From the NCBI GenBank assembly GCA_964035545.1, contig OZ037766.1, forward strand, positions 9,104,722 to 9,168,721: a stretch of 64,000 nucleotides of DNA. The letters run 5' to 3'. This document shows positions 13,174-25,291 of this stretch, piece by piece (within the stretch, counting starts at the first letter, position 1; each line of letters begins with the position of its first letter). Below the pieces are notes generated by a model that saw nothing but the letters and a program-made list of their open reading frames with translations, made no database searches and had not been told where the DNA came from. The stretch comes from Bugula neritina (lineage: Eukaryota > Animalia > Bryozoa). The position numbers and the translations under genes are program-made.

Positions 13174-15150
13174 ATGGCTGCTATTGTAAGAGCCGGTACT
13201 AAACTTGGCGTTAGTAAGTTTATAAATTTAATAGATATGCAAACTTTGTAGCATTTGATCATAATAATGTACTGCGACTAATGTATTTTTCAAATAAAAT
13301 GGAGGTAGCAATATTACTAATACGTTCACTGTATTGTGTTATCTCGCTATTCAGTTAGTGTTTGACTTGGACTTGGAGTTAGAGTGTTGCTGTTAGTCAG
13401 TTGGGGTTAGCGTTACACTTACTGTTACTAGCAGACAACAGTGTTCGTGTTAGGAATAGGTCTCGGTTGCTGTTGGCCTTGGAGTATCACTAGACTTCTT
13501 CTGTTATTCATATTGATATTGAAAATGTGTAACAGTAACACTAACTCAAAACTGACTTAAACTGTAATCAGTAATGCCAATGGCTACCAGTACCAGTATC
13601 ACTGTGACTTAAAATTAATCTTATGAGTATGGCTATAACTTATAAGTAACTATGGGTATCAGTAGGATTATGATATACTGATACTCACTACGAGTATGAG
13701 TGTATGAGTATCACTATCAGTATCACTATGACTCAATCAGTCAATGTAATTGTATGAGTATGTCGTACTTTTACTTTTACTTTTAGTGAGTTAGTCCAAC
13801 TTTATTAGACTATCAGTATGAGTATGAGTATCACTATGGCTATCACTGTGACTTTTGTACTGACTATGTCTACGACTACTAGACCTAGTACTAACTACTG
13901 CTACTGTACTGCTACTACTACTACTAGTAGTAGTACTAGTAGCAGTATTAGTGGTAGTAGTAGCATTTGCAGTTCCATGTTCAACATAATCGACATCATG
14001 ATGTTGATATTTGCAGTCTGAGTCACTAGGTTTGTAAGAGTAAGGTTAGCCATTAGTGTAAACTAAAACATTAATAGCAAATGTCTAATGAGTATGGCTT
14101 AGACTATGAGCAAACTGAAACTTAATCTGTAAAAATCTAGTTTAGAACTAAGAATTACTGTTGCACTTACTTTTAGTAGCAGTAGCTCTAACAGCAATTC
14201 TGAACAAGCTGTACTTTTGTTTAGACTTCTAGTTTTACTTGAGTTAAAGTGGACTTTAAAGTTTAACTTCTAGTTTTAGTTTAGGCTGCAGCAGTGAGAA
14301 GCAGAGTAAAACTAGATGTAACTGGAAACGTTAGCCTTGCCTTTTGGACTTTACATTCTTTCTAAACTTCGTTCACAAATAATTATAGTAATAGTTATAT
14401 CTAATCTTACACTTCCAGTTTTAGTACTTACTGATCAGCGTAATAAATTAAAAGAGACCTAATTTTTAATATTTTTATCATTTTATTTTCAATTATTAAA
14501 TTTATTAATATGCTCATATTAATTTATTAAATTTAAGTAACTAATAAGTGAGTAACATTACGCCAATAACTTGAAGTTGCTACTAATAGTGATAGATATA
14601 ATATGAATGATAATGAATAAATAGTAATAGTGAATAAATGTCGGCATAAATATTTGAAATAAGAGTGATTTACGGGTTTTTTAGTCAGGAGTAAAAGCTG
14701 AGTAATGCATTGTGATTTTTTGCAGCTGTAGTAGAGGCAGCTAAGCCTCGATTAGCTAATGCATGGAAATACTCTAAAGTTGAACTGAGACCACCCGGAC
14801 CTAGTGAATGGGGTGCTGCTGCTGCAGAAGCTGGACAGTTTGTGAAATCTCTTACTACTGGAAAGTTTCTCCAACAGACAACCACAGTTAGTAATTCCCA
14901 ACTATTTACACCGAGTTTTACACATTGTTTTAAGAGTTAGGTTGAGTGCCTTTTAAAACCGTTATCATTGCTAATCATTTTTGTTGTGTACTTGATTATA
15001 GCAATAGATTAAATTTTGTGTAAATTTATTTTTCAGGAGGCAATGACTAATGCTGTAGTGATCGCAGATGTTGCATTTTGCTTTTTTATTGGTGAAGTCA
15101 TTGGCAGAAAGAGTTTGATAGGATACAACATTAAGGGAGCACACATGTGA
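13174..15150 (+). CDS. ATP5MG: Mitochondrial ATP synthase subunit g, 3 exons
   Basis: Exons 13174-13213, 14726-14886 and 15037-15150 splice in frame to MAAIVRAGTKLGVTVVEAAKPRLANAWKYSKVELRPPGPSEW...TGKFLQQTTTEAMTNAVVIADVAFCFFIGEVIGRKSLIGYNIKGAHM*. Matches the subunit g pattern KPRL..W.Y.KVEL.PP and the GxxxG motif GEVIG. Not in the ORF track. Confidence 0.93.
13340..14640. repeat. Degenerate 3/6-nt periodic tract filling ATP5MG intron 1
   Basis: For example agtatg-agtatg-agtatc-actatg-gctatc-actgtg-act, actact/agtagt runs and ttttag/ttttac/ttctag units. The intron runs 13214-14725. Confidence 0.85.
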
Positions 15151-15999
15151 TAGACTTCTACTCAACATTGTCTTGGATTACCAATGTGTGTGACTGTTGA
15201 TGCTATGTGATCCTAATTTCTAGAATATTTTTTTAGTTGACTTTAGAGCATATTTTATTTATGTTCTATTTTCAATTACAAATGTATTGAATAATATTAC
15301 TGAAATATATTATATGATACACCTTGATTTATTAAGTGAATAAAATATAGCTTAAATTATGCAATTACCATATAAAAATATCTACAAAATACATTAGGCT
15401 AAAAGCTAAATTCATCAAGTAACTTTCTCAAATAGGTATGCTATGCTAACAAAACATTATCCAATGACAGCTTTAAATGAGGAGTTGTGTTCTCGCTAGC
15501 TTCAGCTTTATTTTTAAATTGATATTGGAAGCTGTTGACCACATTGATGATTCACAATTTATGAGTGAGTTTTCATACAAGCTGTATAGTATGAGTAATT
15601 GATATAGAAAGGCAATGAAGAATACTGATAGGCCACTTCTGTAAATAAGATGATCGGTGAAGTTTATCACTGCAGCATTTCCCCCAAAACAAGTGCTAGT
15701 ATTCTTGTGTGGACAGCCAAAATGTATCGCAAAGTTGATCCATGATGTATTGATGAGTGTCTATTTAGTATAACCTGCTGATATTTTATTCTGTAGAAAT
15801 GCAGCTCAAGCAATTTTATTGCTGTGTTTTGCAGCAGAACGCAAATTGTAAAATCCGCATTGGGAAACTTTTGCAAGCCTAGCGATAACATAGGACAGTC
15901 AAATTAGTGGTGCTTGAAGCTATAGAGGGGACATGTTCTAAAAAATTGCTGATGCTATAATTTACCTGCAAGCATAAAGCACTACTACTATAAATAATG

Positions 16000-18900
16000 C
16001 TAACAATTTTTATCTACAACTGCTACGCCAGCATAACTTCTACCAGTTGTCATAACCATTGGCAGTAATGTCCAGGTATTAGATTTTGGGTCATAACTTT
16101 CTACAGAATTAAGGTTTGTTGATCCGTCATCTCCCCCAATAACATACAGCAGGCCACCATTAGCCACAACACCTGAAATAAGAAAATGCTTATACAATTT
16201 ATATTGTATTTGCAGCAAATTATATGATATAGAAACTAAGAAACCGGTAGCAGTTTGAACCCTTGCAGTAGCAAGGTGCTGCAAATTGCCCCACTAACAA
16301 CATACTATTTAGTATTGTCTTAGAGCTGATAGTTTTAACGGAATAAGCACTAACAAGGTACCTGCATTCCTACGACAGCAGTGCATATCTGCCACTTGTG
16401 TCCAAATGTTGAGCTCCGGATTCAAGACCTCGACACTTTTTCTTACTAACGGTCCATCATGGCCACCGATGGCATATAACAGACCATCCACAACACCAAC
16501 ACCTAGTAAACATTTCATATGAACTATATTTGCAACTTTACAAGAGGCTAATTACAAGTAGCTAGTTTAATAATCAGTGGGCTTGGCACTTGTCAAATTT
16601 ATTTGTAATTTAGCTCAAGATAATTTTACAATTAACAAATAACAGTAACTCCTGTTTGTTTAGAGTTATTTTCTCTGTGAAAATCTGACATTGTATCCAG
16701 CCACACTAAAGGCTTCAAAGTAACTGAACAATCAGCCCAGTACAATGCATGTGGTAATATACAAGAGCCTCTGATGTGTTTAAGCAAATTATATTCCAGT
16801 CAAAAGACTTGAAACAGACAAACTAACTAAGTAATATTACATGGAGTCATAGACAAACCTGCTCCACTACGTCTACAAGACATCTCAGCTACAGTGGCCC
16901 AGCTATCTTGTTTTGCATCATAACACTCTACAGATGCTAAGCAGTGACGAGAAGCACCATCATACCCGCCAACAGCATAGAGTAAATCTATAAACACAAT
17001 ACAAATGTGAAAATAAATGTTGTCAGAAAATTAATATATTGTTCCAATATTTCTAACTAAACAAAAGTTTGTCGGAATAAAGCATCTTTAATACGATTAC
17101 CACTACTAAAGCCTTGCTTATGCTGAGTTATGTGGTGCTGTGAGATTTATGTGAATCTTGGACTTACAGAAATATCTCATGTTTCTTCAAAGTCTCCAAC
17201 TCTATGAAAATCTCCAATGACAGGTTTTTTAAGCAGGCTAAGCACTGCGCCTCTCGCTATGTTGGTAAAATGGGTCCGGGGACTTTTACTTTGGCACAGG
17301 AGCAATTATAACATTACCAAAGGCCTGCAGTACTGAACCCATGACTTGTACCCCACTAGGCATGCGCTCTAATTACTAGGCCACAGCCTGATCCCTCTCA
17401 GACTTAATAGCAAACTATTTTTCATTTCATGTAAACAGCTATACTGACGGTAGCTTTTCAGGTTAGACATATCTGGTATAAAATGATCACATTAAATCAT
17501 GTCAGACAACTCAACTGCTGCTACCAGAGCATAAAGCTACAGTTGAGCAAATACTATGCATATTTTTAAGAATTCTAACTTGTAAAGATGTATATTTTCC
17601 CGATCCAATGATGCGGTGTCTTTTATAGCTCTATAGGAAACTAGCATACCGCAATGCCGGCCTCCATCAAACTTAATCTAAATTTATATATTATGCTCAC
17701 TGTTGCTAGTAGTTTGCTAGTAGTAGGAAACAAAGCTGTATTTTTGAACAATGAATGCTGATGGTTACAAAATAAAAATTATTTTCACCATTAAGCTAGA
17801 ATTCAATATTTGTATAACATAGCATTTGAAACACTTGTGCAATGTATGGTCACCAAAAAGCTTATTGAGGCATTAGGCTGATAAGCCTACCAATCTCACT
17901 CAATAGCAAAGTGCGGAATTAGATTCAATAAACTGCTAGCATTATGTAAAACAATTGATTCTGCTTTATATTTCCCATTACCTCTTACTACAGCAACTCC
18001 AACACTGCTTCTTCTTGTACTCATATTAGCAATAGTTCTCCACTCTTTAACCTCCGGATCATAACATTCTACGCTATTCAAACCTGTAAGAGCATAATTC
18101 ATTATGTATCAATATCTAGTATATTACAAACTTACGTTAGCTTCAAATCTCTCTAAATATTTCACTAAATTTTTTCTCAAAGTACTCATTTCTTATACCA
18201 ATTTATTTTTCTTACTCATCACATATATCTATAAAAAAAACTTCATGATGAACTTTGAAACTGTTTAACAAACTCATAAACACTATATGAATTTATAGTT
18301 TGTAATGAAGCTAAACTACCAATCTACAGTGAAACAACTAAAAAATTCAATGTTATCATTATAAGATGATGAATGGGAAACAGGCCAACACATACTCGAC
18401 CGCTAGTGACCAAACAAAAAAATTGTAATCATCTGTTGAATGAGATGAACCAGGGATATTCACTGAGCCAACATCTTCTAATGTATAAAAACTAGCTCAT
18501 TACTTCTCATTGATTAGATCATTAAAATTTTAGTTAGTAAATTTTAACATTACTTTTTTATGGTTTTGAAAATGAGATCTGCAGCACACAGCTTACAAAA
18601 CTTTTAACCTTGAAGTTTTGAGGGTCTTCAACCAACAGCATAACATAAAAGTATAATTATAATTTACTTCTGGTAATGACAGCCATTTAGTGGCATTTCT
18701 GGCAATTCTGGTAACATAAAATGCACAAAGAGCACTTGCGATGCGATACTATTTTTAAATGTTAAAAACGTTCAATTTTTTTAGTTAAATCAAAGTATTT
18801 ATGAAGTTAGAGCTACACTATAAAGACTATTATATAAACTTCTTGAGATTTTAAAAACTAGTATATTCTTAACGTTTAAAATTACAACAAATCAAAAATT

Positions 18901-21900
18901 AGAATTATTGTTTTATCATTTTCTTTTCCGAAAAGGAGGTCATATGCTATATTCTCACCTGATGAGCCATCGAAGCCGCCCACAGCATATACCATGTTGT
19001 CAAGGACAGCTGCACCAAGCGTGCTCCTTCGAGCCTCCATTGGCTGTACTGTCGTCCAGACATCTTTAACAGGGTCATAGACATCAACAGTTCTCACCCT
19101 CAACGAACCATTGAACCCCCCACAGACGTAAACTTGGTTGTTTACCACTGCTACACCTGTATAAACATAACACATAAAGTAGAATTGCAATTGAATACAC
19201 ACATTTTCTAATCTTCTTCATTTAAGTTCCTTAAAATCAATTAAAATAATTATCATAAATAAAATACTTATTAGGAGTCAATGTAAAATTATATCTGAAC
19301 AAAATTTCTTTTTTATTTGTTCTTCAAGTTTACAATGATGTAATAGATAAGACAGCTCTGTGTGTTTCACTGAATTAAATAAACTTTCATAGAGATGAAA
19401 ATATAAAATACAAACTTGCTATTATTATAGATGTTAATACTATTTGTTGATCAAAGCATATGCAACTAGGTAGTGTATTATAAACCATACTAAACATGCA
19501 TTGCATACATATCTTCAAACAACAACATAAATAAACCTAACAAATAAAACACACAGATGCGAGATGAAACCTACCACAGCGACATCGCCTTGTCAGCATT
19601 TCACTAACTTGATTCCAACGTTCATCTTTAAAATCATAAACTTCTACACTTCGAATAGCTTTGGGGGCTTGACCACCCAGCACTAACAGCACCTGTAGAC
19701 ATCAAAACACTTGCTATAATACATAGAATCTGTCAGCCACAAGTGAAAACTTCTCTTGACAGAGAGATAGTACTTAATATATCATATTATATCTTACACT
19801 ATATTAATAATATTTCTGCAGCCCTAGCTAGTGGAAGTTAACTTTATGAATGTAAAAAGCCAGATAATAAACCTTTGGCAGACCAACAGGAGTTCTGCGT
19901 TTAGTTCGAGGCGTGACCAGAGACATATTTTCATTTCCTTTCATAAGATGATATTTAAGAGCTTCGATCAAGTAATCTTTACATTTGGTGTCACCCTTCA
20001 CAAGTTCTTCTTCCTCCACCTGCATATGTGTGTATTGAATGTATTCTAAATTAATAAGTGTAAACTCATGCTATACATGTTTTATATAAATTATAAATAC
20101 TGAAAACGATAGCACCTGTTGCAAGGTTGACATGTATACATTGACTGGCATGTAAGATGAGGCAGATATTTCACCAAGCTATACATATTCTTTAGTACGA
20201 GTTAAACGCTTGGTAGATTGCTCAATATTCTATTCTCTTCAAATATTACTAGATCCAGTGACATCATACCCTAACCAGGTACTCCTGAGTGACCAGTGGC
20301 AACCTGACATACTCCATGATGTGCCCAAAGTGCTGAGACCTTTTCTTAAAGTCGTACTTTACCCATGCCAAAACTGCTTCATACACCTGAGGAGAATATA
20401 TTACAGTGATATATACAGGAGTTTTTGAGCTAGATTAACAATGCACTAAGAAATCTCAACATAATTATAATATCTTTAAATGATAACAAAGTAAAGAGAG
20501 TAAAAAGTTAAACTTTATGCATGGAATATGTGGAATCATAGTCATTCTCCTGTACTATACAATTGATAAGTAAAAATATATATATTATTTACCTGTGACT
20601 CATTTTTAACAGAGAGTCTGTCACTGGAGATCAGCTTCACCAGCTGAGGTAAAGTAAGATGCATAAACTCATCATGTGTAACTACTTCGCTGAAAAAGAC
20701 AATCAAGTTACTTCAAACAACTAGAAAGTATTTCACCTTCAGTATAGTTAACCCTCACGTATGGCCTAGTTAAGGGTAAGAATTTAGTTAATCTAGGATA
20801 CTGCATGCCATCATTCCTAGAAAAAGAGGGTTGGAGAGACAAAGTCATCAGAGCTGAAGTTCCATTATAAATTTCTGATTTCAAAATAGTACAAATCTAA
20901 ATAACTTTTTTTCTTTTAAAAATATACACAAATTAAAGATGGACACAAAAAAGTTTATTAAATAATTAACTCACTTGAAATGTTGCTCAGTATATTGAGT
21001 GCAGCATAACAACAATTCTCTACAGTTATGTAAGTCAGCAAAAGCAGAGAAACCCAGTGAGTTGCTGGGATGTAACTGAGACTGAAGAAAATCACAACAG
21101 GCTTCCTCTACCTGAGATAGTTGAAGGAGGTTGGCAGCGGGTAGCAGAGTCTACAAGCAGCAGCAATTTTATCAGTCAAGGAAAAATTGTATGTATCACA
21201 TCAATTTGAAAAAAACCTCAAGCAGGTCTGCAGTCGCCATTCCTGTGAGAACCCTTGATAGAAGAGTTTTTGTTAAATCGGGCTAAGGACTTATTCAGAT
21301 GGGGCCAAGGAGCAATTATGACTGGATACTCTTCCTAGCATTAGAAATGGCATTTGTCAGGGCTTGAACCCATGACTTTGTGTTTAATAGCCAGGCGCTC
21401 TAACCCCTAGACCACGGCACCACATCAACTTGAAAGATGGCAGTTATATTCTTACAGGAACATGGTCAAAGTGCTATCCTTCAAATGAAACATAATGCAT
21501 CATAGTATTTACTTTGATGTAATAATCACTTGTATAATATCATTTACCAAAAATGTTAAACGTAAATCCATACTTGTACATTTTCTTCAGTGACTTGAAT
21601 CTCAGAAGTGTAAACAAAGTCTATTAGCTGGACCAGCGCATTACCATCAACCTCTTGGAGAGTGATACGGTTTGAGTTGCTTTCAGCGAGTTCGCAAGTA
21701 AACATAGCATAGAAGTACGGACTGCATGCGGACAGCACAGCTTTATGAGCTTGTAGCTCTTGTTCATCTGCTATGAGCACAACGTCGCATAACAAGTTTT
21801 CCCTGTTGAAATTGATTCAAATAAGTTTTAAACTTGCACACCAATCATACCTTAATACTGAAAAACATTTTAGCAATTTGAGTAAATTAGATGCTACTAC

Positions 21901-22186
21901 ATTTACTATACCTTCTCAGTTTGTTAAACTCAGCAAATGCTTTCTTGCTATGGTGTTGGTGTCGGTAAACTGGCTTTGCTGCTTTGAGCGGACAGCTAGC
22001 ATCAACTTCCTTTTGTAGAGCTCCTTTTCTGAACTCTTTTCGTATAGATGATGCAACATTATGAGATGGAGCTGACCTGGGCCTTACTGAGCTTTCTGAC
22101 AGAGCTGGTGATTCACGAGATGCTGCCAGAGAAGCATTACCTGTGGCAGTTGTCTGCCCTTGAGCAGCTTCACTTTCATCTTCCAT
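16000..22186 (-). CDS. KLHL2: BTB-BACK-Kelch protein, KLHL2/KLHL3 (Drosophila kelch) family, 12 coding exons
   Basis: Minus-strand exons at about 22186-21912, 21802-21574, 21150-20975, 20689-20593, 20386-20270, 20019-19873, 19692-19575, 19157-18959, 18083-17982, 16987-16859, 16502-16362 and 16172-16000. BTB: LCDVVL..HKAVLSACSPYFYAMFT. Kelch repeats: GGQAPKAIRSVEVYDF, GGFNGSLRVRTVDVYD, GGHDGPLVRKSVE, GGDDGSTNLNSVE. Co-orthologue of KLHL2 and KLHL3. Confidence 0.9.
17275..17395 (-). mobile_element. Degenerate copy of the tRNA-derived SINE
   Basis: Shares ggcacaggagcaattat...ccaaaggcct...gaacccatgac...actaggc...cgctctaa...ctaggccacagc with the 5186-5405 copy. Confidence 0.7.
21212..21420 (-). 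mobile_element. tRNA-derived SINE copy with 15-bp TSD
   Basis: Highly similar to 5186-5405 over about 190 bp. Flanked by CACATCAATTTGAAA (21197-21211) and CACATCAACTTGAAA (21421-21435). Confidence 0.85.
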
Positions 22187-22739
22187 ATGAAACAACTATG
22201 CAAAATATTCAACTTTATAGATGCATAATTTCAATCAGACTTTTTAATATACCTATATTAAAATGTCTATAAAATATTGAGTAGACTACTGTACTGGTGT
22301 AAAGAGCAATAGGCCTATGCATCCTTTAGCAAAATGACTCACTCACAAAGTGTGAACATCAGTATTAGACTGGATGTCACTCATTTTCCGACACTTACTC
22401 ATTCGTGTACTCATCGATTTGCTAAAATTATTGACTTGACAACTAATTGACTTGACTGATATAGCTACAAATTGTTAAAATACAAGCAGAACAAAGTATC
22501 AAATTGCCTAATTAGTAATTAAGTTTATAATTTACAACTACTTTAATAAACTATTGTTTTAAAATACGGGTAACCTTTGATTGTCTTTATGCCAATAGGC
22601 AATTGTACACTTAAAAACAAAAATTAAACTGTTTCAGTTTGAAACTTAAAAAAACAGTTTTAAAATGGTGGAACCTATAGCTAAAAACTTATTCTTGTTT
22701 ACTCATAGTTTAGACTGCTCAAAAGCAATGCATGCAACT

Positions 22740-23180
22740 AATAACATTAACTATTGATGTGAACTTGCATTATGATTAAAACTGATAACTTATAATAACT
22801 AATAACTAAATAAGTAATAGTTAAGTTATAATATAAATAATACGTAGAATAATACTACTACTAGTACTAGTAGTAGTAGTGAGTAATACTTATACTAATA
22901 CTAATACTAATAGTAATAGTAATACTAATAGTTTAAGTTATACTTATACTTATAGTAACACTAATATTAATAGTAACAGTAATACTTAATTTGTTGAAAT
23001 TAAATTACAAGTATCAAAATGAATAAGATAATCATATTAGAACTGTTAATTATAATTCTAATAATAAACATTGTGCTGCACATTGACATTGTGATTGTTA
23101 ACTGTGTTAACAATGTTATTGTAACTGTATGATAATCGTTCCAATTACATACTAGTAGTAGCGTACAAACGGAAATTATC
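22740..23180. repeat. Degenerate 3/6-nt periodic tract in the KLHL 5'-most intron
   Basis: Runs of tactaa-tactaa-tagtaa-tagtaa, ttatac-ttatac-ttatag and actactag/tagtagtag. It lies downstream of the minus-strand donor GTGAGT at 23341. Confidence 0.8.
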
Positions 23181-23242
23181 ATTCACATAAATTAATCTGA
23201 ATCGTTAAAAAGAAAGTTAATCTCCGGACTAAAAAAAGTTTG

Positions 23243-23319
23243 CTAGAAGCAGCACCGAGTTAGTTTGGGGCTCTTGAGTTCAAAGTTCGGACAACAATAC
23301 AAATATGTGCTGCTTCTAG
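23243..23319. repeat. Small inverted-repeat element related to the 42662-42842 foldback
   Basis: Perfect 13-bp IR CTAGAAGCAGCAC/GTGCTGCTTCTAG. The internal gcagc.ccgagtt...tttgggg.tcttgagtt is shared with 42686-42740. Confidence 0.5.
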
Positions 23320-23341
23320 TAATAGTCTTATCGTTACTCAC

Positions 23342-24001
23342 CAAACTAGAAATACTGGTCGTTTCTAGTTCTTTGTTGAAACGTATATTTTACATTACTG
23401 CAGCGAGCCTGTTTGAATAATATGAGATAGGAGTAGGAGATAAATGAGAGTGATTTTTTAACCCTTTGATAAATGATAACCAAAATTATGTATACATGCG
23501 CTACAATGTATTTTACAAATTAGTTAGCAAAATTAAAAATGAGCATTAGTTTAATTTTATTTCAATAAATCGCACTATATCCTCAACCGATAGGAGTTAT
23601 AGCCAAAGGGTTAAGTTCACACGCCTTAGTGACTGAACTAAAAATAACTTTTCCAGTTCAGTGGCCTTAGTAAGAAAACTCCGTATCTAGAGTAACGTGA
23701 AAATTCTTTTTAGCCGTCTAAACCATATCTTTGTCTCATACCTTTTCCGAACATATTCGTAGCTACTTCGAAGTTGATGAATAATTAAGTTCTCACCAGA
23801 GTAGATATGTTGAAGACCTCATTGTTTGTCACAAGCTTGCAGACGAACCTGAAGTTGCATTGAGTTTATTGTTCAAAGCTCTCTGGTTTATTAGCAATAC
23901 ATAATCATATTATACTCAACGTGTGGTTAATAACATTTGTCAGCAAAATCACTTCCAAGCCCTAAAAACTATCTTAACCAACCTTAAATTTTAATTTATC
24001 T
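23342..24001. promoter_or_regulatory. Inferred bidirectional promoter and non-coding first exons of KLHL (-) and the SYCE2-like gene (+)
   Basis: Divergent genes, with outward-facing GTGAGTAA donors at 23341 (-) and 24002 (+). Higher-complexity core between two periodic tracts. Confidence 0.6.
23631..23663. mobile_element. 33-bp inverted-repeat insert with 8-bp TSD (transposon footprint or micro-MITE)
   Basis: GCCTTAGT at 23623-23630 and 23664-23671 flanks GACTGAACTAAAAATAACTTTTCCAGTTCAGTG, whose ends are inverted (ACTGAACT/AGTTCAGT). Confidence 0.6.
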
Positions 24002-24088
24002 GTGAGTAACTTAAACTCAAACTTTCTTAGATCAAAAAATTTATATAAATTAGATATGTGAATATATTATATATATAATATATATATA

Positions 24089-24129
<41 letters not shown>

Positions 24130-24131
<2 letters not shown>

Positions 24132-24530
24132 ACTCTCAGGCTGTCACTGTCGGTGTGAGTGTCACACTCACTGTGATACTCATACTCATAGTCATACTCA
24201 TACTGGTATCACTATCAGTATGAGTATCGTAGACGTTAGAACTAGGCGTATGTCCATGGTTTACTGCCATAGCAATTTATCAAGGACATTACTCATTACA
24301 TTTACTGGTACCTGTACTCATGCTGACTGTCATAGTGACTAATAGTAATACTTAACTAATACTAATAGTAATAGTAATACTAATAGTATTAGTTATTTAT
24401 TTTTAGTGAATGCCTATTACTATTAGTATTACATTTACTACTAGTATTGCAAATTTACTGTTGCCAATATGAATATAGAAATTCAAATTCAATTTGGAAT
24501 AGGCCATAGGCATAGCCATTAGATTAATAA
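24130..24530. repeat. Degenerate 3/6-nt periodic tract in intron 1 of the SYCE2-like gene
   Basis: atactc-atactc-atagtc-atactc-atactg-gtatc-actatc-agtatg-agtatc and actaat-agtaat-agtaat-actaat. Confidence 0.8.
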
Positions 24531-24881
24531 TAACTGTACATTTATGTTCAGTTGATAAATTTTCAATAAAAAAGCTTGCTAAAGTGTTGCTTCATGTTCT
24601 TAATCTTATCAGAAAAATTCAATTTTATGCTATTTTGATTTTAGATCAAAAAATTTATATAAATTAGATATGTGAATATATTATATATATAATTTTATGC
24701 TACATAAATGATAAATTACTATTAGGTGCATGTGGGCATGCTAGCATTATCACATTGATGATTGATATAAATGAGTAAAATGGCATTTTTTTTTAAATTT
24801 TGGGCTCAGTAATATCCTTCTATCTTTAAAACCTAGTTGTTTCAAATTATAGGTTGATGATTATAATTATTCAGCATTGCT

Positions 24882-25098
24882 ATGGACCCAATGTTCAACT
24901 TTTTTGCTGATAGCGACAAATCGTCAGATGATGGAAGAGAGCCAGAAAATAGTAATGTTATTGATGCTTTATTTGGTGGCTCAGAAAATACAACTACTAC
25001 CAATTTTTTCTTCAGGTTTGCTCTGTTTATGTAATTTAAATGATACAATATATTAGTTAAATTGTTTTGTTATAAAGTTGTTATTGCTGACACTCACA

Positions 25099-25168
<70 letters not shown>

Positions 25169-25217
25169 TAAAATGTTATATATATATATATGATTATATA
25201 TATATGATTATATATAT

Positions 25218-25291
<74 letters not shown>

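Noticed and set aside
13818-14021. ORF MSMSITMAITVT.. and similar dipeptide-repeat ORFs at 23000-23182, 47363-47548, 55124-55324 and 55746-55967
   Set aside because: By-products of the 3/6-nt periodic intronic tracts; no splice or homology support.
15985-16002. Possible stop-codon readthrough into an ORF2, as in Drosophila kelch
   Set aside because: The TAG is followed by CAT TAT TTA TAG, so there is no downstream ORF.
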